Part shown: piece by piece, positions 34,764 to 44,558 of the stretch
Numbering within the stretch: position 1 is the first letter of the stretch
Layout: each line of letters starts with the position of its first letter
Assembly: GCA_050115495.1 (NCBI GenBank)
Contig: JASFQK010000020.1
Location: 32,001-96,000 of the forward strand
Direction: 5' to 3'
Length of the DNA: 64,000 nt
Source of the DNA: Phycisphaerae bacterium
GTDB taxonomy: Bacteria > Planctomycetota > Phycisphaerae > UBA1845 > Fen-1342
The notes under the pieces: model-generated
Seen by the model: the letters and a program-made list of their open reading frames with translations, nothing else
What the model was told of the DNA's origin: nothing
Databases searched by the model: none
Program-made: the position numbers and the translations under genes

Positions 34764-35858
34764 CTGTCCGATGCTTGTCCACAACGATTGTCGTTCCTGG
34801 ACCGCTACCTGACGCTGTGGATTTTCCTGGCGATGGTGGTCGGCGTGGCGCTGGGACACTTCGTGCCCGCGGTCGAGCAGGTTCTCGACCGCTTCTCCGT
34901 GGGAACCACCAACATCCCCATCGCCATCGGCCTGATCCTCATGATGTACCCGCCGCTGGCGAAGGTGAAATACGAGAAGCTGGGCGACGTCTTTCGCAAC
35001 ACGCGAGTGCTCGGCCTGTCGCTCGTGCAAAACTGGGTCATCGGGCCGCTGCTCATGTTCGCGCTGGCCGTCATCTTCCTGCGCGGCTACCCCCAGTACA
35101 TGATCGGCCTCATTCTGATCGGGCTGGCCCGCTGCATCGCCATGGTCATCGTCTGGAACGACCTGGCCCAGGGCGACCGTGAATACGCCGCCGGCCTGGT
35201 CGCCTTCAACTCGATCTTCCAGATCCTGTTCTTCTCAGTGTACGCGTGGATGTTCATCACGGTGCTGCCGCCGTTGTTCGGGATGGAAGGCATGGCAGTG
35301 GGGATCACGATCGGGCAGATCGCCGGCAGCGTGCTCATCTACCTGGGCGTGCCGTTCTTCGGCGGGATGCTGACGCGGTTCGTTCTGATCCGCACCCGGG
35401 GGCGGGCGTGGTATGAGACGGTGTTCGTCCCGAGGATCTCGCCGCTGACGCTGATCGCCCTGCTGCTGACGATCGTGGTGATGTTCAGCTTCAAGGGGGA
35501 CCGGATCGTTCAGCTCCCGCTCGATGTGCTGCGGATCGCGGTGCCGCTGGGCATCTACTTCGTGGTCATGTTTCTGGTGTCGTTCTGGATGGGCCGGCGG
35601 CTCGGGGCGGACTACGGGCGAACGGCCACGATTGCGTTCACGGCGGCGAGCAACAACTTCGAATTGGCGATCGCCGTGGCCATCGCGGTGTTCGGGATCG
35701 CTTCGGGCCAAGCCTTCGCGGCCGTGATCGGGCCGCTGGTGGAGGTGCCGGTGCTGGTCGGTTTGGTCAGCGTGGCCCTGTGGCTGCGGCGACGGCTGTT
35801 CAGGGCGCGGGAGCCGGAGGCCGCCGGAGACGTCGCCCGGATCGGGCCGGCTTCCTGA
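34764..35858 (+). CDS. acr3: ACR3 family arsenite efflux transporter
   Basis: [51 protein letters not shown]. Start is CTG 34764 (after AAGGAGG) or TTG 34788. Confidence 0.95.
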   Translation: MSDACPQRLSFLDRYLTLWIFLAMVVGVALGHFVPAVEQVLDRFSVGTTNIPIAIGLILMMYPPLAKVKYEKLGDVFRNTRVLGLSLVQNWVIGPLLMFALAVIFLRGYPQYMIGLILIGLARCIAMVIVWNDLAQGDREYAAGLVAFNSIFQILFFSVYAWMFITVLPPLFGMEGMAVGITIGQIAGSVLIYLGVPFFGGMLTRFVLIRTRGRAWYETVFVPRISPLTLIALLLTIVVMFSFKGDRIVQLPLDVLRIAVPLGIYFVVMFLVSFWMGRRLGADYGRTATIAFTAASNNFELAIAVAIAVFGIASGQAFAAVIGPLVEVPVLVGLVSVALWLRRRLFRAREPEAAGDVARIGPAS

Positions 35859-35900
35859 GGCTGCACGACGGGGCTACACTGCGGCGACGGAGGCTTGCGT

Positions 35901-36779
35901 ATGCCCAGAACCGCCGCGATGCGCGCCACACGCGTGGCGATCGGCGCCAACGCTCTGCTGCTCGTCCTGAAGGCCGGTGCTTCCGGGCTGTCCGACAGCC
36001 TGACCATCTTCTCCGAGACGCTGAACTCGCTCGCGGACGTTATCTCGGCCGTCGTCATTCTGCTGTGTGTGCGCTGGGCGTGGCAGAGCCCGGACGAGGA
36101 TCATCCCTTCGGGCATCGGCGGGCCGAGCCGATCGCCGGCCTGCTCGTCGCCATCTTCACGGGCATTCTAGGGTTCGAAGTGTGCAAGACGGCGGTGCTG
36201 AATCTCTGGTACCACGAATTGCCGCACCGTATCGGACCCTATCCGATAGCCGCCCTGTGCATCACCGGCATTCTGAAGACGCGGTTGGCCTTCTATTTCG
36301 AGAAGCAGGGCCGCGCGCTCAACAGCCCGGCGTTGCGGGCGACGGCCGTCGATTGCCGCAACGACGTCTTCGTGGCCATGCAGGGGCTGATCGGCGTGGC
36401 CGTCGCCGCGCTGCGGCTCCCGATTCTCGACACGGTGTCGGCGCTGATCGTCGGCGGGTACATCCTGTACAGCGGGCATCGCATCGGGATGGAGAACCTC
36501 GACTATCTCATGGGCCGGGCGCCGGACGAGACCCTGCTCAACCGCGTCCGGCAGGCGGTCCGCAGCGTTCCGGGCGTGGCCGGTGTCGGCGACATACGCG
36601 GTCACTACGTCGGCACGTTCATCCACGTCGAGCTAACGGCAATTGTCGACGGCCGGCTCTCCACGACCGAGTCGCACGACGTCTGCGAGGCGGTACGGGC
36701 GGCGGTCGAAGAGGTCGAGTCGATCGACCGGGCGTTTGTGCACATTTCTCCACTGGCGGAGCTGCCACCTGGCGCGTGA
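35901..36779 (+). CDS. Cation diffusion facilitator family transporter
   Basis: NSLAD, PDEDHPFGHRRAE, DCRND, C-terminal dimerisation domain (SHDVCE...VHISP). Confidence 0.92.
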   Translation: MPRTAAMRATRVAIGANALLLVLKAGASGLSDSLTIFSETLNSLADVISAVVILLCVRWAWQSPDEDHPFGHRRAEPIAGLLVAIFTGILGFEVCKTAVLNLWYHELPHRIGPYPIAALCITGILKTRLAFYFEKQGRALNSPALRATAVDCRNDVFVAMQGLIGVAVAALRLPILDTVSALIVGGYILYSGHRIGMENLDYLMGRAPDETLLNRVRQAVRSVPGVAGVGDIRGHYVGTFIHVELTAIVDGRLSTTESHDVCEAVRAAVEEVESIDRAFVHISPLAELPPGA

Positions 36780-36845
36780 CGCCGGGCGGGGCTGTGCCGC
36801 GCGCCTACAATCTCTCTACAGGCGATCCGTTAGACGAGAAACGCG

Positions 36846-37976
36846 ATGGAGTTTGTCGGACAATGGGCGATGGCGACGTGGCAGGTCCTGCTCGAGGCCG
36901 GGCCATGGCTGGTGGCCGGTTTCTTCGGAGCCGGTCTGATCCACGTATTCCTGCCCGCCGCGACCGTCGTGAAACACCTGGGGAAACCGGGGCTGACCGG
37001 CGTGTGGAAGGCGGCCTTGCTCGGTGCCCCCCTGCCGCTGTGCTCGTGCAGTGTGATCCCGGTGGCGTCGGCCATACGCCGGCAGGGAGCGAGCCGCGGG
37101 GCGACGGCGAGCTTTCTGATCAGTACGCCGGAGACGGGGGTCGATTCGATCGCGCTGTCGTACGCGCTGCTGGGGCCGGTGCTGGCCATTGTGCGGCCGA
37201 TCGCGGCGCTGGTGACGGCGTTCGTGGCCGGGGCGTTGATCAATCCATTCGGGGGCGCGCCCGAGACGCCAGAAACGCCGGCGCCGCCTTCGCCGCCGGC
37301 GGGTGGCGGGAGTTGCTGTCACGCGAAGAAGGCGGTTGCTGCTGAGGCGGCGGTGGTCGCGCCGCGACGATCGTTCAGCGCGACGCTGGCCGAAACCGTG
37401 CGCTATGGTTTCGGCGATATGTTCGCCAATCTGGCGCATTGGCTCGTGCTCGGGTTTGTGCTGAGCGGGCTCGTGTCGGCGCTGTTTCCGCCGGACTTCC
37501 TGGAGCGCACGATCGGCGCGGGGTGGGGAGCGATGCTGCTCATGCTGGTGATCGGGTTGCCGCTGTACGTGTGTGCGACGGCGTCGACACCGCTGGCGGC
37601 GGCGCTGATCGCCAAGGGGCTCAGCCCTGGGGCGGCGCTCGTCTTTCTGCTGGTGGGGCCGGCGACAAACGTGGCGACCATGCTCATCATGGGTCGCGAC
37701 CTCGGCCGGCGCAGCCTGGTCATCTACCTGCTCAGCATCGGAGTGGTGGCTCTTGCGTTCGGCGTCGCGACCAACCGGCTGTGGGGAGCGCTGCCCGTGG
37801 GGAGCGGACTGCCCGAACACAACCACGCGGTGCCGACGGCGGTGGCCTGGACGGGTGCCCTGCTGCTGATCGTTCTGATGCTCAACGGTCTGCGGCTGCG
37901 CTGGCTCCGCCGACCGGCAATGCACGCGGAGGGAACGCCGGCGCAGGCTGCGCCATCCTGCTGCAAGACGCACTAA
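36846..37976 (+). CDS. SO_0444/DUF318-type metal permease
   Basis: PLPLCSCSVIP, FLISTPETGVDSI, YVCATASTP, GPATN; CCH and CCKTH motifs. Confidence 0.9.
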   Translation: MEFVGQWAMATWQVLLEAGPWLVAGFFGAGLIHVFLPAATVVKHLGKPGLTGVWKAALLGAPLPLCSCSVIPVASAIRRQGASRGATASFLISTPETGVDSIALSYALLGPVLAIVRPIAALVTAFVAGALINPFGGAPETPETPAPPSPPAGGGSCCHAKKAVAAEAAVVAPRRSFSATLAETVRYGFGDMFANLAHWLVLGFVLSGLVSALFPPDFLERTIGAGWGAMLLMLVIGLPLYVCATASTPLAAALIAKGLSPGAALVFLLVGPATNVATMLIMGRDLGRRSLVIYLLSIGVVALAFGVATNRLWGALPVGSGLPEHNHAVPTAVAWTGALLLIVLMLNGLRLRWLRRPAMHAEGTPAQAAPSCCKTH

Positions 37977-38425
37977 TCCGCGTGCGTGGGCAACATTCCT
38001 GGCAGCCCCTCGACAAACGCCCGGATCTCGTCGCGCACCCGCCGATAGTGTAGGAGGGCTTCTTCCGGCGTGCGGGCGTCGCGGGCCAGTTGCGGCGGGT
38101 CGTCGAAGCCGACGTGCACGACGGGTGTACGGCCGGGGAATATGGGGCAATTCTCGTGGGCGTGGCCGCAGACAGTGACCACGTAGTCGAACGTCACGTC
38201 GGCCAGATCCTGCACGTGCTTCGCCATCTGCGATGAGATGTCCACGCCCGCCTCGGCCATGGCGCGAACCGCCAGCGGGTCGAGCGTTTTCGGAGCCGTG
38301 CCGGCGGAGAACGGCTCGATGAGGTCCGCTTTCAGGTGACGGGCCCAGCCTTCGGCCATCTGGCTGCGGCAGGAATTGCCGGTGCAGAGGAAGAGGATGC
38401 GTAGCCGGCGTTGTTCTCGTGACAT
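37973..38425 (-). CDS. arsC: Thioredoxin-coupled (LMW-PTP fold) arsenate reductase
   Basis: LCTGNSCRSQMAEG, VTVCGHAHENCP, FDDP, RVRDEI. Confidence 0.93.
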   Translation of the reverse strand: MSREQRRLRILFLCTGNSCRSQMAEGWARHLKADLIEPFSAGTAPKTLDPLAVRAMAEAGVDISSQMAKHVQDLADVTFDYVVTVCGHAHENCPIFPGRTPVVHVGFDDPPQLARDARTPEEALLHYRRVRDEIRAFVEGLPGMLPTHAD

Positions 38426-38449
38426 GTGCGCCTCACTTGCGCGAACGGC

Positions 38450-39535
38450 TCAGAGGCCGCGCTCGGTGACGAGATACACGGCGAAGCTGCCCAGCCAGTG
38501 GCCGCCTTCGTAATGCTCGCCGCTGACGGCGGCCAAGCCGGCCTTGCGATGCTGCTGGACCGCGGCCCGCAGCACCGCGATACGCGGGTCGCCGTCCGGC
38601 AGCCCGGCGGCGATGCAGGACAACATCCAGGCTCGCGAGAGATTCAGCCCGTCGAGGTGCACGAGGTGCCCGTCACTGCGATCCGTGACGACGGCGGGAT
38701 CGAGTGGCAACGACGCGCCATCCGCGCTGAGCGCCGGCAGAAACGCACTGAGCCACTTCGCGAATTCGTCCGGCTTGAGGATGCGGCGCATCAGGTCCGC
38801 TTCGGCCAGGATGGGCGAGAGGAACGCCTGTCCGTCCGGCTCGAAGGCGAGATTGGCCCCGCGGTCGTTGGCGTAGTAGTGGCGGGCCCGCTGCTCGACG
38901 AGTTGCTGCACGTCCGCGTTGCCGCGGATGCGGGCCCAGTCGTACACGAGGCCGAGGGCGAACGCGGTCTGGCTGTGCTCGCCGGTACGGACGGGGTACG
39001 ACAGCTTTGGCAGCCAAGCCTGGAAGCGGGCGGCGGCCTCGGTCTCGATGGGCTCGATGGTGGTCGCCCACTCGCGGGCCTGCGGATCGTCCCACTCGTG
39101 CAGTTCGGCGGCGAGCTGGAGCAGCCACGCCAGCCCGTACGGCCGCTCGAACGTGCCGCGGCCTTTGCCTTGCAGATACGCGATCTCGGCGGCGACGCGT
39201 TCCGCCGTGAAGCTCTCGGCCAGCGCGGCGCGGGCCCGCGGCACGAACGGTGCGTCGGGATACATGCGGCACAGACGCACGAGGAGCCAGTGGCCGTGCA
39301 CCGCCGAGTGCCAATCGAAGCAGCCGTAGAAGACGGGGGTGAGTTCGTGTGGCGGCCGGGCGTCGTCGTCGCTGCTCATGACGTGCGAGATCTTGTTGGG
39401 GTACTCCTGGTGCAGGCAGTCCAGGGCGAGCGTGGCGAAGCGTTCGATGGCCGCTGGCCCGAACGGCTCTTCCTGCTGAGCCAGGGCGGGTACGGCGAAG
39501 GCAATGAGCGAGAACAGGGCGATACGCAGGTGCAT
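38450..39535 (-). CDS. DUF2891 family secreted protein
   Basis: EYPNKI, FYGCFDWHSAVHGHW, FERPYGLAW, HLDGLNLSRAW, YEGGHWLGSFA; GAGGAGG SD. Confidence 0.88.
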   Translation of the reverse strand: MHLRIALFSLIAFAVPALAQQEEPFGPAAIERFATLALDCLHQEYPNKISHVMSSDDDARPPHELTPVFYGCFDWHSAVHGHWLLVRLCRMYPDAPFVPRARAALAESFTAERVAAEIAYLQGKGRGTFERPYGLAWLLQLAAELHEWDDPQAREWATTIEPIETEAAARFQAWLPKLSYPVRTGEHSQTAFALGLVYDWARIRGNADVQQLVEQRARHYYANDRGANLAFEPDGQAFLSPILAEADLMRRILKPDEFAKWLSAFLPALSADGASLPLDPAVVTDRSDGHLVHLDGLNLSRAWMLSCIAAGLPDGDPRIAVLRAAVQQHRKAGLAAVSGEHYEGGHWLGSFAVYLVTERGL

Positions 39536-39812
39536 GGCTGGCCTCCTCGATGAGCCCGCATGATAAGGAGCGATTGCCCCGTTTGCAGTCCTCAGCATCC
39601 CGGCAATCCGCTGGTACCTCGGCCGATGGCCAGCCGCAAGCGCCACGGGCATCCCCCTCACCGAGCCACTGACGAGTTTAGCCGATGGGCTAACCCCAGG
39701 GCGACCCTCGCGTCAGACGGATGCGTCCCGCGCTGCCAGCCGCCGGGCGAGCCGTTACATCGGCGTATGCCTGGCACCGCCGCCGCGCAGCGCAGCAATT
39801 GTACGGCCGTAC

Positions 39813-40961
39813 TCAGCGCCGCCTGTAATGAGCGAACAGGCCCGACACGCCGAGGAAGAGCACCACGCTGCCAGGTTCCGGAACGATCGCCACCCAACCT
39901 TCGGAGACACCGGTGGGATTGATGCCGGTTCCCGCGATCGTCAGCCCGTCATCTGACACGCCATAGGCTCCCGTGAGCGTCCAGCCGGTCAGGTCCAGAC
40001 CGTAGACGCCTTCAAGCACCTGCTTGAGGTTCCTCATTCCGTTTGTCTGGTCCCAGATGAATGCTTCGTTGCCGGAAGACGTGTACCCGCAGCCGACAAC
40101 GATTGACCCGTCGGCCACCGTAGCCTTCGCGCTGCTGAAGACGCTGCCTCCAGGCAGGTCACCCAGGGCGACCATGCCGGTGGCTTGCGTCCACCGAAAT
40201 GCCTCCTGGCCCTGCGAGGAGTCGCTATGGCCGACTATAACGCTGCCGTCCGCCGAAACGCCCCAAGCCAAACTCCTGAACTGGCCGCCGGCCAAGTCCC
40301 CCAAGCCGAGCATCTGTCCGGTCGTCTGCGTCCATTGGAACGCCTCGACTCCTGAGCCGGAAACGCCCACGCCAACCACCACGGAACCGTCCCCCGAGAC
40401 ATCCCATGCCTCGCTGAAGAAGATGCCTCCTGCAAGATCCCCCAGCCCCACCATTCCACCTGTCTGTGTCCAACGGAAGGCCTCTGTATCTGGGAGCGCC
40501 GTGTTGAGGGAGTTGCCTCGTCCCACGAGCACCGACCCGTCGGCGGAGCAGGCGTACCCGTAACTGAATGTCCCCCCTGGCAGATCCCCCAACCCGACCA
40601 TCCCCCCGCTCTGCGTCCAGCGAAAGGCCTCGTATCCCGATGCCCCCGACGGACTCCATCCCGCGATGACCGAGCCGTCTGCCGAGGCTCCCGCCGCGCC
40701 GCTGTCATATGACCCGCCCGGCAGGTCTCCCAGACCCGCCAGGCCTCCCGCGGAGGTCCATCGAAACGCCTCATTGCCCAGGCCCGACGCGCTCTGACCA
40801 ACAACAACGCTGCCGTTGCCTGACACACCGTACGCGTAGCTAAACGTTGGGCCGCCGGGCAGATCGCCCAGGCCCTGGAAGACAGGGCTTGAAGCCACGG
40901 CTACGCGAACGCCCGCGGTCGAAAACCCCACACAGAACAGCAGAACCACTCGCTGTCGCAT
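39813..40961 (-). CDS. PEP-CTERM protein with HAF-type extracellular repeats
   Basis: About 6 repeats of EAFRWT..GMVGLGDLPGG..S.A..VSADGSVVVG; C-terminal VPEPGSVVLFLGVSGLFAHYRRR; AAAGGAGG SD. Confidence 0.92.
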   Translation of the reverse strand: MRQRVVLLFCVGFSTAGVRVAVASSPVFQGLGDLPGGPTFSYAYGVSGNGSVVVGQSASGLGNEAFRWTSAGGLAGLGDLPGGSYDSGAAGASADGSVIAGWSPSGASGYEAFRWTQSGGMVGLGDLPGGTFSYGYACSADGSVLVGRGNSLNTALPDTEAFRWTQTGGMVGLGDLAGGIFFSEAWDVSGDGSVVVGVGVSGSGVEAFQWTQTTGQMLGLGDLAGGQFRSLAWGVSADGSVIVGHSDSSQGQEAFRWTQATGMVALGDLPGGSVFSSAKATVADGSIVVGCGYTSSGNEAFIWDQTNGMRNLKQVLEGVYGLDLTGWTLTGAYGVSDDGLTIAGTGINPTGVSEGWVAIVPEPGSVVLFLGVSGLFAHYRRR

Positions 40962-41299
40962 CGCCGTCCTCCTTTGGAAGCCGAGAGGAACGTGCTGTGC
41001 CACTCGCTTGGATGGTCCCAGAGCTCTCACCCGAGATTTCCGAGATGATCTGGCCCGGCTCCGTTGCCGGGCCGTCCGAAGATATTCTACCACGCCCCGG
41101 CCCGGGGCGTGCACGTTTCCTGGACTCTCCTGCGGCTTCCCGGGGCTGAAGCGGGCCGCTGCGAGTACGCTTGGAGGCCTCAGACGACTCACCACGCTCC
41201 TGTTGTCCGCACGGGGCGCGCGGAACCAGCCATGATCAACGGGGCGACAGCGGTTTGCAGTGATAGGCGCGCTCATCCCGACGGCACCGCGTCCCCGAT

Positions 41300-41853
41300 T
41301 GCGTGCCGGGCTGCTGTTTCCGCACGCGGTCCATCCACAGCCCCGGCAGGTCCATGAGGGCCTTCAGGTTCTTCGCAGTCGTTAGAACCTCGGTTTTGAA
41401 GCGGCCTATCTGCTGGTCGAAGCCACCTGACGATCTCGGGCCCGACCTCCGACGAGGTACCGCATGGCCGGATCAGCGCTGAGCAGCTCGGCGTCGTTGG
41501 TGTCTTCGTACCCGGCCAGAAGGATGAAAATCGTCTGCCGCAGTAGCGCCCTCAACGTGTGCTACGTGTTCGTGCCCGTGCGCCAGTCGTGCAGGAGGCC
41601 TCTGGCGAGGGCGGTCAAACCGAGCGCATCGTCCAGGTCGCGATACGGCAGCAACGCGGCGTCCAACGTCACCTGCGAGCTGCGAAATTCGAGCTTCAGG
41701 CTTGCGTCAGAACCGACACGCAATGCCTCGGTGTGTCTTTCACCCATTGGGTTCTCCGGCCATTCGGGCCTTGTTGCCGAAGCACCCGTGACTTGCAGAT
41801 CTAACCGCATGTCTAGTACTCTACACTAATAGGCATCATCTGGGGAGTCCGGG
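41300..41853 (-). mobile_element. Degenerate IS1380-family element (transposase 5' fragment, pseudogene)
   Basis: From ATG 41747: LKLEFRSSQVTLDAALLPYRDLDDALGLT; in-frame TAG at 41562-41564; LLRQ..LAGYEDTNDA..DPAMR; frameshift near 41411 into GRFKTEVL..NLKALMDLPGLW; then truncated. Candidate terminal IR CCCGGACTCCCCAGATG at 41837-41853. Confidence 0.85.
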
Positions 41854-41929
41854 ATAAGGGGCCTGCGAGCGGCGTACAGCGCGGGTTGCGTTCACAGGTG
41901 GCCGGCTCGGGGTGAGGAACCAATGGCAA

Positions 41930-41984
41930 CCGGGGCCGCCGACCGGTGCCGCGTGAGGGTCGCGGACACCGGAGGCGACCCCGG
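41930..41984 (-). terminator. Long imperfect GC hairpin downstream of the 42008-42997 gene
   Basis: CCGGGG-CCGCC..CCGGTG-CCGCG[loop]CGCGG.CACCGG.GGCGA-CCCCGG. Confidence 0.45.
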
Positions 41985-42007
41985 CGGATAGGCAACAATC
42001 TCAACGT

Positions 42008-42997
42008 CTACTTCGGCAGGTTCTCGCGCAGCATGCGGTAGCATTCGTACTGACGCGAGTTACAGTAGCGGAACGGCAGACCCGGCTCCACGCCGGCCCG
42101 TTCCTCTGTGTAGAACTCCATGTAGTAGCAATAGACGAGCTCAGCGTCCTTCTTCCCGCCGAAGGCGACCAGCATCTTTAGGCTGTACTGGGTCGGCTGC
42201 TCGGTGAGCGGGGCGCGCTTGCTGACCTCCCAGGCACTGCCGGCGACGGCGGCGGCTAGCGGAGTGTGCTCGTCGTCAAACTCCGGGGCGGTCCATTTCG
42301 GGTGGTTCTTGATGAACTCGATGGCGGCCTTGGCCAGCTCATCGGGTTTGTTCGGACCGGAGTAGTCCGCGTTGGGGCCGGGCCACTTCTTCTCCTTGAG
42401 CTGCTTCTTGAACTCGGGCAGCGTCTTGTCGACCGCCTCCTGGCAGGCCTTGATCTTGTCGTCGTAGCTGCCCTTCTCGTTCAGCTTCCTGGCCAGCTTC
42501 ATGAAGCGCAGGGCGCGGTCGGCGCGGCGCATCATCACTTCGATGTTGTCCGAGCCGGTGTCCACCTGGTTCTGCCAGAGGTTGTACTGCTCGCGGGCGA
42601 ACTTCTCGGCCCACTCGGCCACCCGCAGCTCGTGAGCGGGGATGTCGACGCCCTGCGCGCCGCTGAACGAGGAGACCAGGTCCCGGTTGCACCCCATGGG
42701 TTTCTCGATGCCGGTGAAGCTCTTCTCGACCTCCTCCCAGGTGGCGCCGTACTTCTTCTTGAACTCCTCGAAGAAGGGAACGAACTCCTTCTTCCACTCG
42801 TTCCACGCCGCCACGTACTTCTCGCCGTTCTTGGTAAAGCTGCTCTCCGACATGAACTCCCAACTGAACTTCTGCGAGATTTGGGCGAGCTTCTTCCAGT
42901 CCGCCGCCTTCTCCTGGTCAGTTGGCGCCTGCGCCCGTGCCGAGACCACCAGGGCGAGCAGGCTCGCCACAACAAACCATCTGCCTCCAGTCTTCAT
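42008..42997 (-). CDS. Secreted Lys/Glu-rich hypothetical protein
   Basis: Signal peptide (VSARAQA), GGGAG SD, strongly GC3-biased codons. Confidence 0.8.
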   Translation of the reverse strand: MKTGGRWFVVASLLALVVSARAQAPTDQEKAADWKKLAQISQKFSWEFMSESSFTKNGEKYVAAWNEWKKEFVPFFEEFKKKYGATWEEVEKSFTGIEKPMGCNRDLVSSFSGAQGVDIPAHELRVAEWAEKFAREQYNLWQNQVDTGSDNIEVMMRRADRALRFMKLARKLNEKGSYDDKIKACQEAVDKTLPEFKKQLKEKKWPGPNADYSGPNKPDELAKAAIEFIKNHPKWTAPEFDDEHTPLAAAVAGSAWEVSKRAPLTEQPTQYSLKMLVAFGGKKDAELVYCYYMEFYTEERAGVEPGLPFRYCNSRQYECYRMLRENLPK

Positions 42998-43688
42998 GAT
43001 CGATCTCCCGACTCCTGCACGCCCAGAAGTCCCGCTCCCCACGGGCGGCCGCCAGGAACACCAAAAAGGAAACGTTCAATGGCAGCACAACGCCGCCATG
43101 CTCGCAACCGTACGACATGTTCGAACAGCGTCCGGCGACCGCGATCAGCAGCGCCAGACGGCCCGACTTGTGCCACAGCTTTAGCACATCGCCGGACGGA
43201 CGGCAACCCTCGCGCCGGTGGTTATCGGCCGCTTCGTCCCCTACCCGGCGCCGGTCGGCCAGCCGACACCGTAATTCGTCCCGATGGGTGGAAATCACTG
43301 CGCACAAGATACTTAGCTGACCACTTCGTGATCGCGACCCCGTCCGGCGACCGCCCGCACCGAGGCCCAGGCAAGCGTCAAATCATTCTCTGGTCGCCGT
43401 GCACCGATGAAGACCAAGCCCAGAAGTCGCGAGACCAACGAAATCGTACCCGGCTCCACAGCCGAACGGTCCCTGACCGGCCGCGGCCGCGCCACGCGTG
43501 GCCCGAACCGCCGATCAGGTGCACCGCCCATGCCGTAGGCCGGGGCAGAGTTGAAGCAGCATGACCGCCGAAACAGATGCGCGCGTCCCTGGGGTGCCGG
43601 CCCGGCGGGCGGCGTCAACGCCCGCCGTAGCCGGTCACGGCCGGACCACTCGTGCGGCCGCGCCAGGGGACATCGGGGAGCTTTCCGC

Positions 43689-44345
43689 ATGAGCCGGCGT
43701 GTCTCCGTGCTGCTCGTCGACGATCACGCGCTGGTGCGCGAGACGCTCGCGCGCGTGCTGGATGACACGCCCGACCTAGCCGTGGCGGCGCAGGTCGGCG
43801 AAGCCGAGGCGGCGGTGGATCGCGCCGTCACTCTGCGGCCGGATCTGGTGCTGATGGACATCGACATGCCGGGGCTGACCCCGTTTCAGGCGGCCCGCCT
43901 GATCCGGGCTCGCTGCCCCGAAACGCGCATCGTCTTCCTGAGCGCGTTCAGCCACGATCGCTACATCGAGCAGGCGCTATCCGTCGGGGCCAGCGGCTAC
44001 CTGACAAAAGGACAGTCCGTAGCGGCCATCGTGGCGGCCCTCCGCGCCGTAGCGGCCGGACGCCCCTGCTTCGCCGCGGATATCAAGGCCCGGCTGGTCG
44101 TGGACACCGACGGCGTTCGCCTGGCCCGCCCCGGATGCAGCCGCAGCGCCGAGCTGAGCAAGCGCGAGGTGGAGGTGCTGCGCTACCTCGCCGACGGTCT
44201 GTCCAAAAAGGAGATCGCGGCGATCACGCACCTCAGCGAGCGAACGGTGAATCGCCACTGCACCAACGTAATGGACAAACTGGACATTCACGATCGGGTG
44301 AGGCTGGCTCGCTTCGCGGTGCGCGAAGGCTACGTGGAGGCCTGA
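43689..44345 (+). CDS. NarL/FixJ family response regulator (REC + LuxR HTH)
   Basis: LLVDDH, LMDIDMP, GYLTK, LSKREVEVL...KEIA...SERTV. Confidence 0.95.
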   Translation: MSRRVSVLLVDDHALVRETLARVLDDTPDLAVAAQVGEAEAAVDRAVTLRPDLVLMDIDMPGLTPFQAARLIRARCPETRIVFLSAFSHDRYIEQALSVGASGYLTKGQSVAAIVAALRAVAAGRPCFAADIKARLVVDTDGVRLARPGCSRSAELSKREVEVLRYLADGLSKKEIAAITHLSERTVNRHCTNVMDKLDIHDRVRLARFAVREGYVEA

Positions 44346-44558
44346 AGCACGGTGACGACGATTCGGCCGCGCGATGTCGGAATGCTCCGAGTCACGGCGG
44401 GTGCCAGAGGCGCGGGGTCTTGATACCGGCGCGACGCGAAATTGGAGCGTCCGCTCCATATGTCGCCCGTGCCGTGTGCCGACTTATCTGTACAGGTGAA
44501 CACAAGAGTGGACCGGCGTGTCGTTCCATGGCCGGCCCGACAACAAGGAGACAATGGC

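Noticed and set aside
31224..38425. Selenocysteine read-through or hgcAB in the ars/redox cluster
   Set aside because: All redox motifs use ordinary Cys codons, no in-frame TGA falls at a catalytic position, and no HgcA cap-helix motif was seen.
40050..40880. Periodic repeats of about 130 bp
   Set aside because: Degenerate coding HAF repeats inside one ORF, not an array.
43000..43688. Riboswitch or sRNA in the long intergenic region
   Set aside because: No recognisable c-di-GMP, cobalamin, TPP or SAM consensus by eye; an Rfam scan is needed to exclude one.
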